Shown here one piece after another: positions 1 to 11,261 of a stretch of DNA of 64,000 nt (positions are counted from its first letter, which is position 1; every line of letters begins with the position of its first letter). A program made the translations under genes and the position numbers. The stretch is from Epiperipatus broadwayi (taxonomy: Eukaryota; Animalia; Onychophora): contig JAQFVV010000003.1 in assembly GCA_028023455.1 (NCBI GenBank), positions 12,152,001-12,216,000 on the forward strand, written 5' to 3'. The notes under the pieces are model-generated. The model saw only the letters and a program-made list of their open reading frames with translations. It ran no database searches and was not told the DNA's origin.

Positions 1-2547
1 TTTTCCCCATAAACTCAATCTTGAAAGCATAATGAGTCTCATTCTTCTGGTGCCAGTGAACAGTCAACTGCTCCAGCTGGCAACAGGAAGTGGACTGCAG
101 CTTACTTATAAATTTATTGTTTATGAAATATTAAATTTATTGAAAACTTATTAAACTCTTCCTTTCCCGGTTCTCCAATTGATAGCTATCATTAAAGGTT
201 TTGCTAATTAGTAATGAATTGATAAAGAGGGAAATATTCGGGAATGGGAATGGGCATAAGAATCAAATGGATTCTGTTGTCTTAATTTGTTTTTGAAGAT
301 TAATTAGTAGAGAAATAATTTGACTCTATTTAAAAAGAGATGTAAGGAAGCTTTTGAACCATTTATCGAGAAGAGATCAAATCAATGTCCATGTAATGTG
401 TTATCTTAAAAAGAAAGAAATGTTTAAGCAGTATGAAGAGAATATATTTAATACATGTAGAGTTCTTATCATCATCCTCTAATAAGCTTCAAAATAATTT
501 ACTTTTTAATGAGATGATTGATAGAGTCTATTTAATAAGGTTCTTACTATGACTAAGGACTAATACTTAATAATTAGTTGCCCTCTTAATTAACATATCC
601 ACAATTATAGGACATCATAAAGTTTAAATAGTCATGATTAAGTTGCATAGGAAATTGTAAGAAGATATAAGGTTGAATTATGGGGTCAGTTTATGCAGAA
701 GTTTGTTATCAGGCTCACTACTACTTTTTTTTTCTAGGTGATTATATAAACACTATCTAAACTAAAAATATATATAGACATAGAAAGAAAGTTCTGGAGA
801 TCATGTGATATTTAAGAAATTCAGGTGGTAGAGGTTAAGTTCAACACTTTCAGTCAGTTGATCAAACAGAGTTTTTTTTTTATTTCATTCAGTTGGGAAT
901 CGATATGGGACCTTTTAACTTGATCTGCCACAAATTAAGTCTAGCTGGGTTAGTAATGCATCAAATACAGACTTTGAACACAAGAATCATGATATATCCA
1001 ACACAATAATCATTGCATCACAATGCCTTTTATAAAAAATCATTTGAAAAAGATCTTGACAATTTAAAAGAAATTGATTGTGTTCAGGGCTGAAAGGAGA
1101 CAGTATACAAGGTAAGCAAGGCACAAGTTTGTTGATACAAGAGGGGTGCAGAAGTAGTGCAGAATTAAGAATACATTTATTTTTGTTCTGTTATGAATAT
1201 TAATTATTACGATTTGATTCATTATTTTTAATGAAATAAGGAAATATAAACATAGTAAATAAATAATTACTTCATGAAATAAGATTTGTCAGTTATAATT
1301 TTCTATGGTTTGTTTTTTCTTATGGTATTCTCGGTTATATCTTCTTACACTGGGTTTATTTAAATCACATTGCTATGCGACACAAAAATGGAAGTCTGTT
1401 TTTTATGTCATTTTTATATATATTGGATAGTTATTTGGTATTTGTAAAATAATAATAAATATAACTTCAAAAATTTTTATTGACTTATAATAAAAATAAT
1501 ATTTTAAATTTACCATATCAAATAAAATTAAAAATAAACAACAAGATGTCTGCCTGTACTTTTAGAGCATTTGAAATTCTTGTAGCAATGTTGATTTAGT
1601 TTTAAAAACATACATGTAAAAAAAAAAAAAAAAAGAAGAATAATGTAATAAAATGCATAATATTATATATATGGTTAAATTAGTTAAAGTAGAATCACTT
1701 AAAGCAATATTTTTATTAGTGTACACATAATGGAAAAGCTAAATAGTGACAAACTTTTAATGTAATTAAATGTGTCAACACATGTATGAATGTTTATGTT
1801 TCTTTGATATATTTAAATATAAAAGAATACCATTTTAAAATATTTAGGTAGTTATTTTAAATCTGAAATACAGTTTTAAAAGTAATTGAATTCCTCTATA
1901 AACAATTAAGTAAGAATTGCCTAAAACTAGTGAATTTCATTTCTTAGAAAATTAATAATTATCTTATTTGGATCTTTAAAAATGGGGGGGGGGGGGACAT
2001 GTGAATTTCTTAAAGTTTATCACCTTAATGGCTTGATTCAAAAGATAAAATTTTGTCATTTATTGTTCTAATAGGAATTAGTTTTCTCACTTCTTTGTGA
2101 TTTTACAATTAAAGTGCTTAAGATTTTTAATCACTTTTTTAAAAAAAAAAAAACATTCTAAAATATTTCATTGAGATAAAAATAATTGAAACTCTTAAAG
2201 ACATTAAGTGAACTTCAGATTATAAACGGATATTTTTACTTATTATACATAGACTATATAATATAGCTGCTTTAAAGTTCTTGGAAGAGGAAAGCTGGAG
2301 TAAAAATAAGAGGTTCTACAGATAATGTAATTTAAATTATATATATTATTATTTCAATATTGATGACTTAGTACATGTGTAATTTGTTTTGGAGAAAGAT
2401 TGTTTATTAATGTTAATGTAGGTAAATTAAAGACTATGATGAATATTTATATAATTAATTACTTTTGTCAACTATAAATAAACTATGAAACTGATTTAAA
2501 AATAATTTTAAAAGAATGTTTCAATCTACAAATTCATTTAAGCAACA

Positions 2548-2925
2548 GTGATAATAATAGACTTAAATAGAGAATTGTATGAAGAACTATGTCTGTTTAA
2601 AAACTTATTTTCAAATGAATTATCTCAATTCAAAAATCCACTGGATGTTCTAAGTTATATTCATGAAAATAATTTGACCATTTCAATCCCAAATTTGAGC
2701 ATATCACTAAGAATATTATTAATTCTTTTTACAAGGGTAGTTAGTAGAGAGAGATCATTTTCAAAGTTAAAAATCATAAAAATTTATTTACATTCAACAA
2801 TTGTACAAGATCAATTGGTAAATTTGTCAATGATAGTTACAGAGAATTACATATGCAATACTGCAAATGCTGATGGTATTGTATCTAAATTCAGTTCTGT
2901 AAAAGCTCGGAAAGTAAAGTTATAA
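2548..2925 (+). pseudogene. hAT transposase C-terminal dimerization domain fragment
   Basis: PNLSISLRILL..VVSRERSFSKLKIIKIYLHST..L..LSMI..EN...KFSSVKARKVKL matches the hAT dimerization-domain consensus (PNL.IALRILLT.PVTVAS.ERSFSKLK.IK.YLRST). No intact upstream ORF. Confidence 0.9.
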
Positions 2926-3007
2926 TTATGTAATAAATTTGGCTATCCAATCTATCTTATATAACCGATACATATGATCATATACAGGTAATAAAGATAA
3001 ATGATCT

Positions 3008-3049
3008 CCAATATACATATTTTGTGCTAAACCAGCACTCATCAGATGG
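3008..3049 (-). ncRNA. Minimal type I hammerhead ribozyme, G12>A variant, probably inactive
   Basis: Minus strand: CCAU CUGAUGA GUGCU-GGUU-UAGCAC AAAA UAUGUA UA^ UUGG. Confidence 0.8.
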
Positions 3050-3418
3050 TCCAAATAATCATCTCCTATACATATGTACAGTCAGTGCTCAGTTTGTATT
3101 AATGTAGCAAATCTTCAAACTTTAATGGACAGGTTTCAGTCTTCTCCTCCCTCCAATACTTCAGCCATCCATATTAAAAATCTGATGATGGAATGTTCAA
3201 AGCCCTTGTTAATAACAATATTATTGTCATACCTCCATATTGACTTTAAGTCACTGTAACTCCCCATATATAGGTCTTTAATATGTTCATTTAAATGCAC
3301 AGAAGAGGGATGGATATACTGAACTTGAACACTGACTTTCAAACTACTTTCACCTATCCACTCCATCTTATATAACCAATACACATGACCACATACATGT
3401 GGAAAAGATAAATGATCT

Positions 3419-3460
3419 CCAATATATATACTTTGTGCTGAACTAGAACTCATCAGTTGG
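3419..3460 (-). ncRNA. Minimal type I hammerhead ribozyme, degenerate
   Basis: Minus strand: CCAA CUGAUGA GUUCU-AGUU-CAGCAC AAAG UAUAUA UA^ UUGG. Stem I CCAA/UUGG is perfect; the GAAA motif is mutated. Confidence 0.75.
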
Positions 3461-3913
3461 TCCAGATCATTATCCCCACACATATACAATCAGTGCTCAG
3501 TTTATATAAAGATAGGATAGTCTTCAAGCTTCTCCATTCTCCAACTCTTATATTGGTTATATAAGATGGAGTGGATAATTGGATGGGGTTTGGAAGTCTG
3601 TGTTCAAATCCCTTCTAATTTCAACTAAAATTCAATATATATAATGTACTTGTATTTAAAATATTACAGATTCAGCCTGAATTATGCCCATCTCTCTTCT
3701 GTGTATTTAAATGGCCATATAGACTGACTTAAAATCAACATGGGTATGACAACAATATTGGCATAAATAAGGGTTTTGAGCATTTCATTATATGGATGAC
3801 TGAAGAATTGGAGGATAGAAAAGATTGAAGTCTATCCATTACAGTTTGAAGATTTTTTATCTTAATATAAACTGAGCACTGATTATATATATGTGTGGGA
3901 GATGTGATCTGGG

Positions 3914-3954
3914 CCAACTGATGAGTTTAGATTCAGCATGAAATTATATATTGA
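3914..3954 (+). ncRNA. Minimal type I hammerhead ribozyme with intact core and weakened stem II
   Basis: CCAA CUGAUGA GUUUAGAUUCAGCAU GAAA UUAUA UA^ UUGA. Confidence 0.75.
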
Positions 3955-3977
3955 AGATCATTTATCTGTTTACATAT

Positions 3978-5670
3978 TGTAATGGAAACCTGACGATCGA
4001 AAGGCTTAAACTTCCCTTTTATATAGATATAATGGGGAATTGATTGCCCACTTTCCGCTATCGCAAGCAGAGAGAAAATACGGACATAAACGAGTCTATA
4101 TCCGTACTTGACCGAACTTGTATGCTATACGGGTATAGCCCCAAGTTATATTTCCTGGTCAACTTTCTCCCGACTGTTGTAAGATTTAATAGAGTTACAG
4201 CGCTTGGATAATTATAAATTTAATGGGATCAAATACTGCACCACTAGCTTCACGTGTTAATTAAGTTCTCAAATGCATAATAATTATTCCCAACCCTAAG
4301 ATTATATTGTTTTTTGGAAGTGGTGAAGAAAGAGACGAAACAGATTTTACATAAATAAAAGATATTTAATACAATAAATTATAATAAAAGAAACATTCTA
4401 AATTATTAACACTCGATATAAAAAAACAGATTATGCTATAATGCTACAAAAAATAAATAAAATACAATAGAAGATTCTATAAATGATTGCAATCTGTGGA
4501 AATAACTTATCCCTTTATAGTCATTTCAAATATTCAGAGTCTAATTAATGTCTATCTCATTATATGTAGGATTGGCAATTGCATTAAATTTAATAGTATG
4601 TGCACATAATTATATAAAATGTCTTATTCATAATTACCTAGGTGATAAAGTCTTCGAATAACTTGGCGTCTTGCTGACCGTCCCGTGGAATTTTTCCACT
4701 TCTTTAGTAGGGAACGGTCGCTCTTCAGTTAGATTTGATTGTTGGGATTCCTCCGTATTGTGGGCATCAAGGCAAGGCAAAAACGAACTCTTCGGCAGGC
4801 GCTATGTCGGCAGTTGTTATATCGAGACGTGAACCATTATAGCATGGAAGTCTGGATCGACCGGCGATCGTGACTGGCCCTTAGCCACACATCCTCGAAG
4901 CTTCCCTTATGTTATAGTTTGTTTTCATGTTCCCAAAATTTAACTTTTCATGTCTGCTTTCTATTATATTTCTCTGCTTCTTATCAGAGCAGTGTCCTCA
5001 CTGAAGTCTCGACCAATACTGTTTTTCAATTAATTAATTAATGTCCTTTATTTTTCAAATTCCTTCCTTATCTTGATCTCCCGCTGTATTTTTATTTCAC
5101 ATCTTTTTACTTTAACATGCTTTCAGCAACTTATACAAAATTCCTTATAATTTGATATAATTTTATAATATAATATTTTACATTTATTTATCAGTCACTT
5201 TCTTTCATAAAATTATTTCATTTTGACATGAAATAAACCTTACTCTCTTTATTCATACATTCACATATGCATTTCATTTTCGTCAAAATGTGTAATTTTA
5301 AGAACAGATCTTTATCTTTCGTTGCATTCTAAATTTTACTTATATTTTATTAAACTCCCCAACTACTGCTTTTCTTTACATTATTAAGTTTCTATTTTAT
5401 TTATTTCCATTCTCTTTTTTTTTTTTTTAATCTTACACTAAACACATGATATCGATATTTTTAATGTTAACATTTCTATTCTTTTTTTAAAATCTGAACT
5501 TTGGAGGGTACAAGATAAGAATCTTTTCGATTCTAATTCCCTCTCTTTTTTACTTAAACATTTCTTTGTTTTGTAATTTTTTTAAACTCACTTTTTTTAA
5601 CCCAAGCACAATATTTAACATTCTTTAACTGTTAAATATATGTGTGACCGCAGTATGTGCGATCATCACA
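3978..5670 (-). repeat. 3' LTR (1693 bp)
   Basis: TGTAATGGAAACCTGACG...GATCATCACA, direct repeat of 9610-11261, adjacent to the PPT. Confidence 0.95.
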
Positions 5671-5675
5671 TTACA

Positions 5676-5693
5676 CCATTCCCCTCCTTTAAA
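5676..5693 (-). other. Polypurine tract
   Basis: Minus strand TTTAAAGGAGGGGAATGG, separated from the LTR start by TGTAA. Confidence 0.85.
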
Positions 5694-5849
5694 ATTTTTT
5701 AAGAAAAAATTTTAAGTTACTGCACTTCAAGCTAGATGCTCCTAACTACTGTTAGAACAATTTTATATCTATTTACTTCTAATATAACTTTAGTGATGAG
5801 ATTATTCCTAGAGAGGCGACCAGGCAAATTACATCCTTACTCTGATGAC

Positions 5850-6300
5850 CCAACCAGCATTACTAAACCAATTTAATCTTGCTATAACATTACATGAGTT
5901 TTATTTCTGCCTCCTACTTGTATATACAGGTTCGAGTCCACAGGATATCTCTGTGACTCGATTAAACCTGTTCATATCTCACACTTTATAAATGATAGCC
6001 TTTTAAGTGCCAACTTTGGTCACTATCACTGAGGTGGGTTGGAAGGCTGGCATATTTTTTGTCCAGCTCATCCATGAGCTCAGAATATTTTACTGATAAC
6101 TCGTTTTTTTTTATAACGGGGTTCTTTCCCCATAGATTGTTTTCTAAACCATTGACTCACGATATTTGTCAAATATCTAACTGGAAATCTTAATCCAGTG
6201 AGTCATTATGAGAAGGGGATCTCTGTCCCTGTCTTCTCTATATAATAAGATTTGGTGACCGCAGAACATACATGAATGCATAACAGAGAAGGCTCACCAT
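5850..6300 (-). pseudogene. Possible decayed integrase C-terminal remnant
   Basis: Stop-interrupted fragments TGTEIPFS..LTGLRFP and VIVTKVGT.KAIIYKV.DMN resemble Gypsy integrase tails, and the position just upstream of the PPT fits. Confidence 0.4.
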
Positions 6301-6549
6301 ATACTGCTAAGATCCATCTACAAATATCTAAACCTACACACCTTCAGCCTCAATCTACGATCTCACACTACTATCTATCATGTTTTTCTCAGTTTATCCT
6401 AAAGTCCTTTATCCTTTTTTTTTTCATTTACTGGCACATCATTTCTTTATATTATCATGATCAATGTTAAAGTCCATTCTCCATTACTCTTGATCCAATT
6501 CCATTTCCAATCTGGTATCAGTGAATCCTTCCTCTATTGGTGATTACAC

Positions 6550-7995
6550 TTAGGTTTTATCTGGTGGTTGTCTTTCTCTATTGATATCACCTCTGCCTCC
6601 TCTGGGATGCAGATTTTGATCCCTAAGTTCTCCGTCTTCAGTCCTGTCAAATGGACGCTTACATTCTGTCTCCAATCTTTGTCGTCCATTTTCCTGCCTC
6701 CTTGGGTTCCACTTTGTAGAATATCTCCGGTTTTCTTGCCATCGTCCTTCACTAGGATCCCATCCATTTTTTATTATAAGAGGTTCTTTTGGAGACAGTC
6801 TAGGTTTATATCCATCCTCCTTCTGGTTGGCCCTGGTGGTATCCAATGCACTGAGAAACTCGGCCCACGGTCCACCATCCTCCTCTCTGTACTGATTAGA
6901 ATCTGTTCTATATCTTTTGGGAACCCATGCCTAGTTATCCGGAGTATTTGCATCTCAGATAATGGGTTTGCTGTCATCATCCTTAACTTGGCTACTTGAC
7001 GGCGGAAGAATGTTATAAATGATTCCTCCGGTCTCCATTTCTCCTGTGCTATCTGATGCAGCATATCTTCTTGGAGTTCCTCACTCCAATAACTGGTCTT
7101 CAAAGACTTGTGATACCCTGCAAATGTGGTAGGTTTCTGGAACAGTGAGTTCCACCAGACTTGAGATTCGCCCTGCAAGTGACTGCAGGTGACCGCTATC
7201 TTGGCCTCCTCATTCATTCTACCAAACTTGAAATACCGTTCCAGGCTGTTCAAGTGCTTTATAGGGCTTTCTCCAGGGTTTCCAGCGAAAACTGGTATCT
7301 TTAGAAATTGGTGGAAGCCAACAGGATAATCCATGCAATTTCCAGAGCTCATATCTCTACATTCTCCAGTAATTCTTGGTCCTATGCCCTTTACTTCAGT
7401 ATCGGCGCTGTTATTGGCTGACCTACTTATCCTCTCTAAATTTTGTGTTCAACCTTTCTACTGCCTTCGCTATCTGATTTATATTTTCCTGTATGCTTGT
7501 CAGTATCCTACTATCCTCTACTTTTATTACTTCCCCTTCTTCATCTAACTTTCTTATTTCCCTTTCTGGCCACCCTATGTCTTCTCTCAGATCAAACTCA
7601 GCTGACTCTCTACCTATACTCTCAGCCCTTTCTACTTCATCATATACACATGGCTCCATACTCTTTTGTTCATCCCACTCAATTTCTCTGTAAAATCCAT
7701 TTCTTGTGTTTTTAGCCTCTGATTGCTGGATGACATCATTTCTAATTTTTTTCATGGCTTCAGCAATTCTTTTCTGGTTGTCTATTTCTATCTTTACCCG
7801 CCATTCTTCCATCCTTCTCTCCTGTCTGTCCATGTATTCTTTCATGAATTGCTGTTGCTCAATCCTCATTTGCCTTAGCATATCCATGATATCACTATGG
7901 TTTATTTTACCCTTTACTTTCATCTCCTTATCTTCATTCCCTTCTCTTACTTCCTCTTCTTGAAAGTCCATTTTAGCTTGGGACCTTGTATGCAT
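6550..7995 (-). pseudogene. Gypsy gag (coiled coil plus Arc-like/retrotransposon capsid), broken by two frameshifts
   Basis: ORFs 7995-7423, 7352-6774 and 6846-6550 join via frameshifts near 7440 (A run) and 6870. Capsid signature IPVFAG.PGE.P..HL..LERYF...K......LQGESQVWW..TF......YWS...Q...PLSE..IL. Confidence 0.85.
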
Positions 7996-9588
7996 AAGTA
8001 TAATTTTATTTAACCCTTCTTGATATCTGTATTTATTATTACTATTATTTTACTAAACTCTTCTGGATATATCTACATAAAAAATTTCTTTCTACTGACT
8101 CTTTGCTTTCGCTTTGATTAACTTTTAATATATTTGTTATTTGTCAGTTAGCATTTAGATAGCTAGCCAACCCAAACATCCGCACTCTGGTTCACCCTCT
8201 TATTCGCCTGCCTTAGACTCGTCTGACTGACTGCCCGTCCTTGATGATTGTCCGATATTTTTTTCCAACTCTGACTCAGCTACTTCAATTAAGAACGCTC
8301 TTATATATTTCTTAAATCTAACTTAACTATTATACTTTATTCCTCTGTTAACGATATCTATAAATAAACTCATTTCTATTTGACTGTATTTCCAACAGTA
8401 CGCACTTATGATATATACTTGTAATATTCCATTTCTAAATCTCGATCACTTTAAGGTTACGGTTGTTTTTTAAAACAAAATCATACACATAGATATATTT
8501 TTAACGGACTAACCTCCTTCGTTACACACACTATGTTTGTAATTTATATTGTCTCTTTACTATTTTAAAATCATAGAGATATATTTCCTTCCATTTAACA
8601 GGTATACTTCATTGTACAAGCTATTTTAGCAATTTATTGATCAAGTTATCCTCACGATTATTTTTTAAAAATCATACACATATATTTCCTCAACTTAATT
8701 AATATACTTTGTTATACTTACTACGTTTTGTAATTTATCGATTACTTTCTTTTCTCGAATATTTAAAATCATACGTATATATTTTCTTCAACCCAACAAA
8801 TACACTCGAACATTTTTATCATTTATCATTATAAATATTTTATTTTCAGCTTAACTGGGATACGTTATTATAAATTCACACATATATCTTTTCAACTTCG
8901 CTTATACATGCGATTATTCTAGAGTCCGACATATATTTCTTCACTTCAACTTAACTGAGATACGTGAATATATTAGAATCTATCATTTATGATTAAGACC
9001 TTACTAAAACTGTTTTATTCCTTTAACTTAACTACTTTATTTTCATTACAACAAACATCTAGATAATCTATATTTGATCGCTATAATTATAGCTGAATAC
9101 ACTTTATTATTACGACTATGAATTCATACACACATTTATTTATTTTTAACTTAACTGGACTATGCGACTATTTTTATTACTTAGCATTAAAACTTTCACG
9201 AAACTTTGTTTTATTCTTTTTTTTTTCTGAAACGATTTATATTTTATTACAGCAATTATTTGAGATAATCCATTCTTTGTTCGTGGCGATTATAGTGGAA
9301 TACTTCTGATCTTTTATTAAATACGTCACTACGCATTTCAAAACTTTCTTAATAAAAAAAATTTTTCCCTTCCTATCCTTCGTACGCATTTGACGATGAA
9401 ACACATATATGAAGTATTATAAAGCAAAACATTCACTTCTAACCACTCTGATTTACGACGCTAATTTTATATACTTTAAAAAAAAAAACATATATTAAAA
9501 CAATTTTTTTTTTTTTTTTTAGAAAATATTTACGTTATCTTATAAAATTAATTCAACACGTGATCACCAATTGCACAGCAATAGAAAC

Positions 9589-9606
9589 CCCGGACTCTGG
9601 ACCCCA
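9589..9606 (-). other. Primer binding site-like sequence, closest to tRNA-Pro but imperfect
   Basis: TGGGGTCCAGAGTCCGGG lies 3 nt after the 5' LTR; the canonical Pro PBS is TGGGGGCTCGTCCGGG. Confidence 0.6.
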
Positions 9607-9609
9607 AAA

Positions 9610-11261
9610 TGTAATGGAAACCTGACGATCGAAAGGCTTAAACTTCGCTTTTATATAGATATAATGGGGAATTCCTTTAATTCAAGATCGCCCACTTTCC
9701 GCTACTGCAAGCAGAGAGCAAATACGGACATAAACGAGTCTATATCCGTACTTGATCGAACTTGTATGCTATACGGGTATAGCCCCAAGTTATATTTCCC
9801 GGTCAACTTTCTCCCGACTGCTGTAAGATTTAACAGAGTTACAGCGCTTGGATAATTATAAATTTAATGGGATCAAATACTGCACCACTAGCTTCATGTG
9901 TTAATTAAGTACTCAAATGCATAATAATTATTCCCAACCCTAAGATTATATTATTTTTTGGAAGTGGCGAAGAAAGAGACAAAGCAGATTTTACATAAAT
10001 AAAAGATATTTAATACAATAAATTATAATAAAAGAAGCATTCTAAATTATTAACACTCAATATAAAAAAACAGATTATGCTATAATGCTACAAAAAATAA
10101 ATAAAATACAATAGAAGATTCTATAAATGATTGCAATCTGTGGAAATAACTTATCCCTTTATAGTCATTTCAAATATTCAAAGAGTCTAATTAATGTCTA
10201 TCTCATTATATGTAGGATTGGCAATTGCATTAAATTTAACAGTATGTGCACATAATTATATAAAATGTCTTATTCATAATTACCTAGGTGATAAAGTCTT
10301 TGAATAACTTGGCGTCTTACTGACTGTCCCGTGGAATTTTTCTACTTCTTTAGTAGGGAACGGTCACTCTTCAGTTAGATTTGATTGTTGGGACTCCTTC
10401 GTATTGTGGGCATCAAAGCAAAGCAAAAATGAACTCTTCGGCAGGCACTACGGCGGCAGTTGTTACATCGAGACGCGAACCATTATAGCACGGAAGTCTG
10501 GATCGACCGGTGATTGTGACTGGCCCTTAGCCACACATCCTCGAAGCTTCCCTTATGTTATAGTTTGTTTTCATGTTCCCAAAATTTAACTTTTCATGTC
10601 TGCTTTCTATTATATTTCTCTGCTTTTTATCAGAGCAGTGTCCTCACTGAAGTCTCGACCAATACTATTTTTCAATTAATTAATGTCTTTTATTTTTCAA
10701 ATTCCTTCCTTATCTTGATCTCCCGCTGTATTTTTATTTCACACCTTTTTACTTTAACATGCTTTCAGCAACTTATACAAAATTCCTTATAATTTGATAT
10801 AATTTTATAATATAATATTTTACATTTATTTATCAGTCACTTTCTTTAATAAAATTATTTCATTTTGTCAAAATGTGTAATTTTAGGAACAGATCTTTAT
10901 CTTTCGTTGCATTCTAAATTTTACTTATATTTTATTAAACTCCCCAACTACCGCTTTTCTTTACATTATTAAGTTTCTATTTTATTTATATTTCCATTCT
11001 CTTTTTTTTTTTTTAATCTTACACTAAACACATGATATCGATATTTTTAACCTTAACATTTCTATTCTTTTTTTAAAATCTGAACTTTGGAGGGTACAAG
11101 ATAAGAATCTTTTCGATTCTAATTCCCTCTCTTTTTTACTTAAACATTTCTTTGTTTTGTAATTTTTTAAACTCACTTTTTTTTTAACTCAAGCACAATA
11201 TTTAATATTCTTTAACTGTTAAATATCTATATGTGTGACCGCAATATGTGCGATCATCACA
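9610..11261 (-). repeat. 5' LTR (1652 bp)
   Basis: Direct repeat of 3978-5670 with scattered substitutions and indels; it lacks a ~60-bp segment present near 5225-5285. Adjacent to the PBS. Confidence 0.95.

Larger units (their letters stand above)
3978..11261 (-). mobile_element. Non-autonomous Ty3/Gypsy LTR retrotransposon (7284 bp, gag only, pol largely deleted)
   Basis: Two highly similar LTRs with TGT..ACA ends. 4-bp TSD ATAT (3974-3977, 11262-11265). PBS-like and PPT sites give minus orientation. Frameshifted gag. Confidence 0.95.

Noticed and set aside
1-115. GC-richer stretch, open on the minus strand (STSCCQLEQLTVHWHQKNETHYAFKIEFMGK)
   Set aside because: Truncated by the window edge with no identifiable motif or splice support
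7333-7963. Several + strand hydrophobic or Ser-rich ORFs
   Set aside because: Antisense shadows of the purine-rich gag
9571-10792. ORFs 9571-9855, 10404-10589 and 10565-10792
   Set aside because: They lie within the LTR, antisense to the element, and are not preserved in the other LTR
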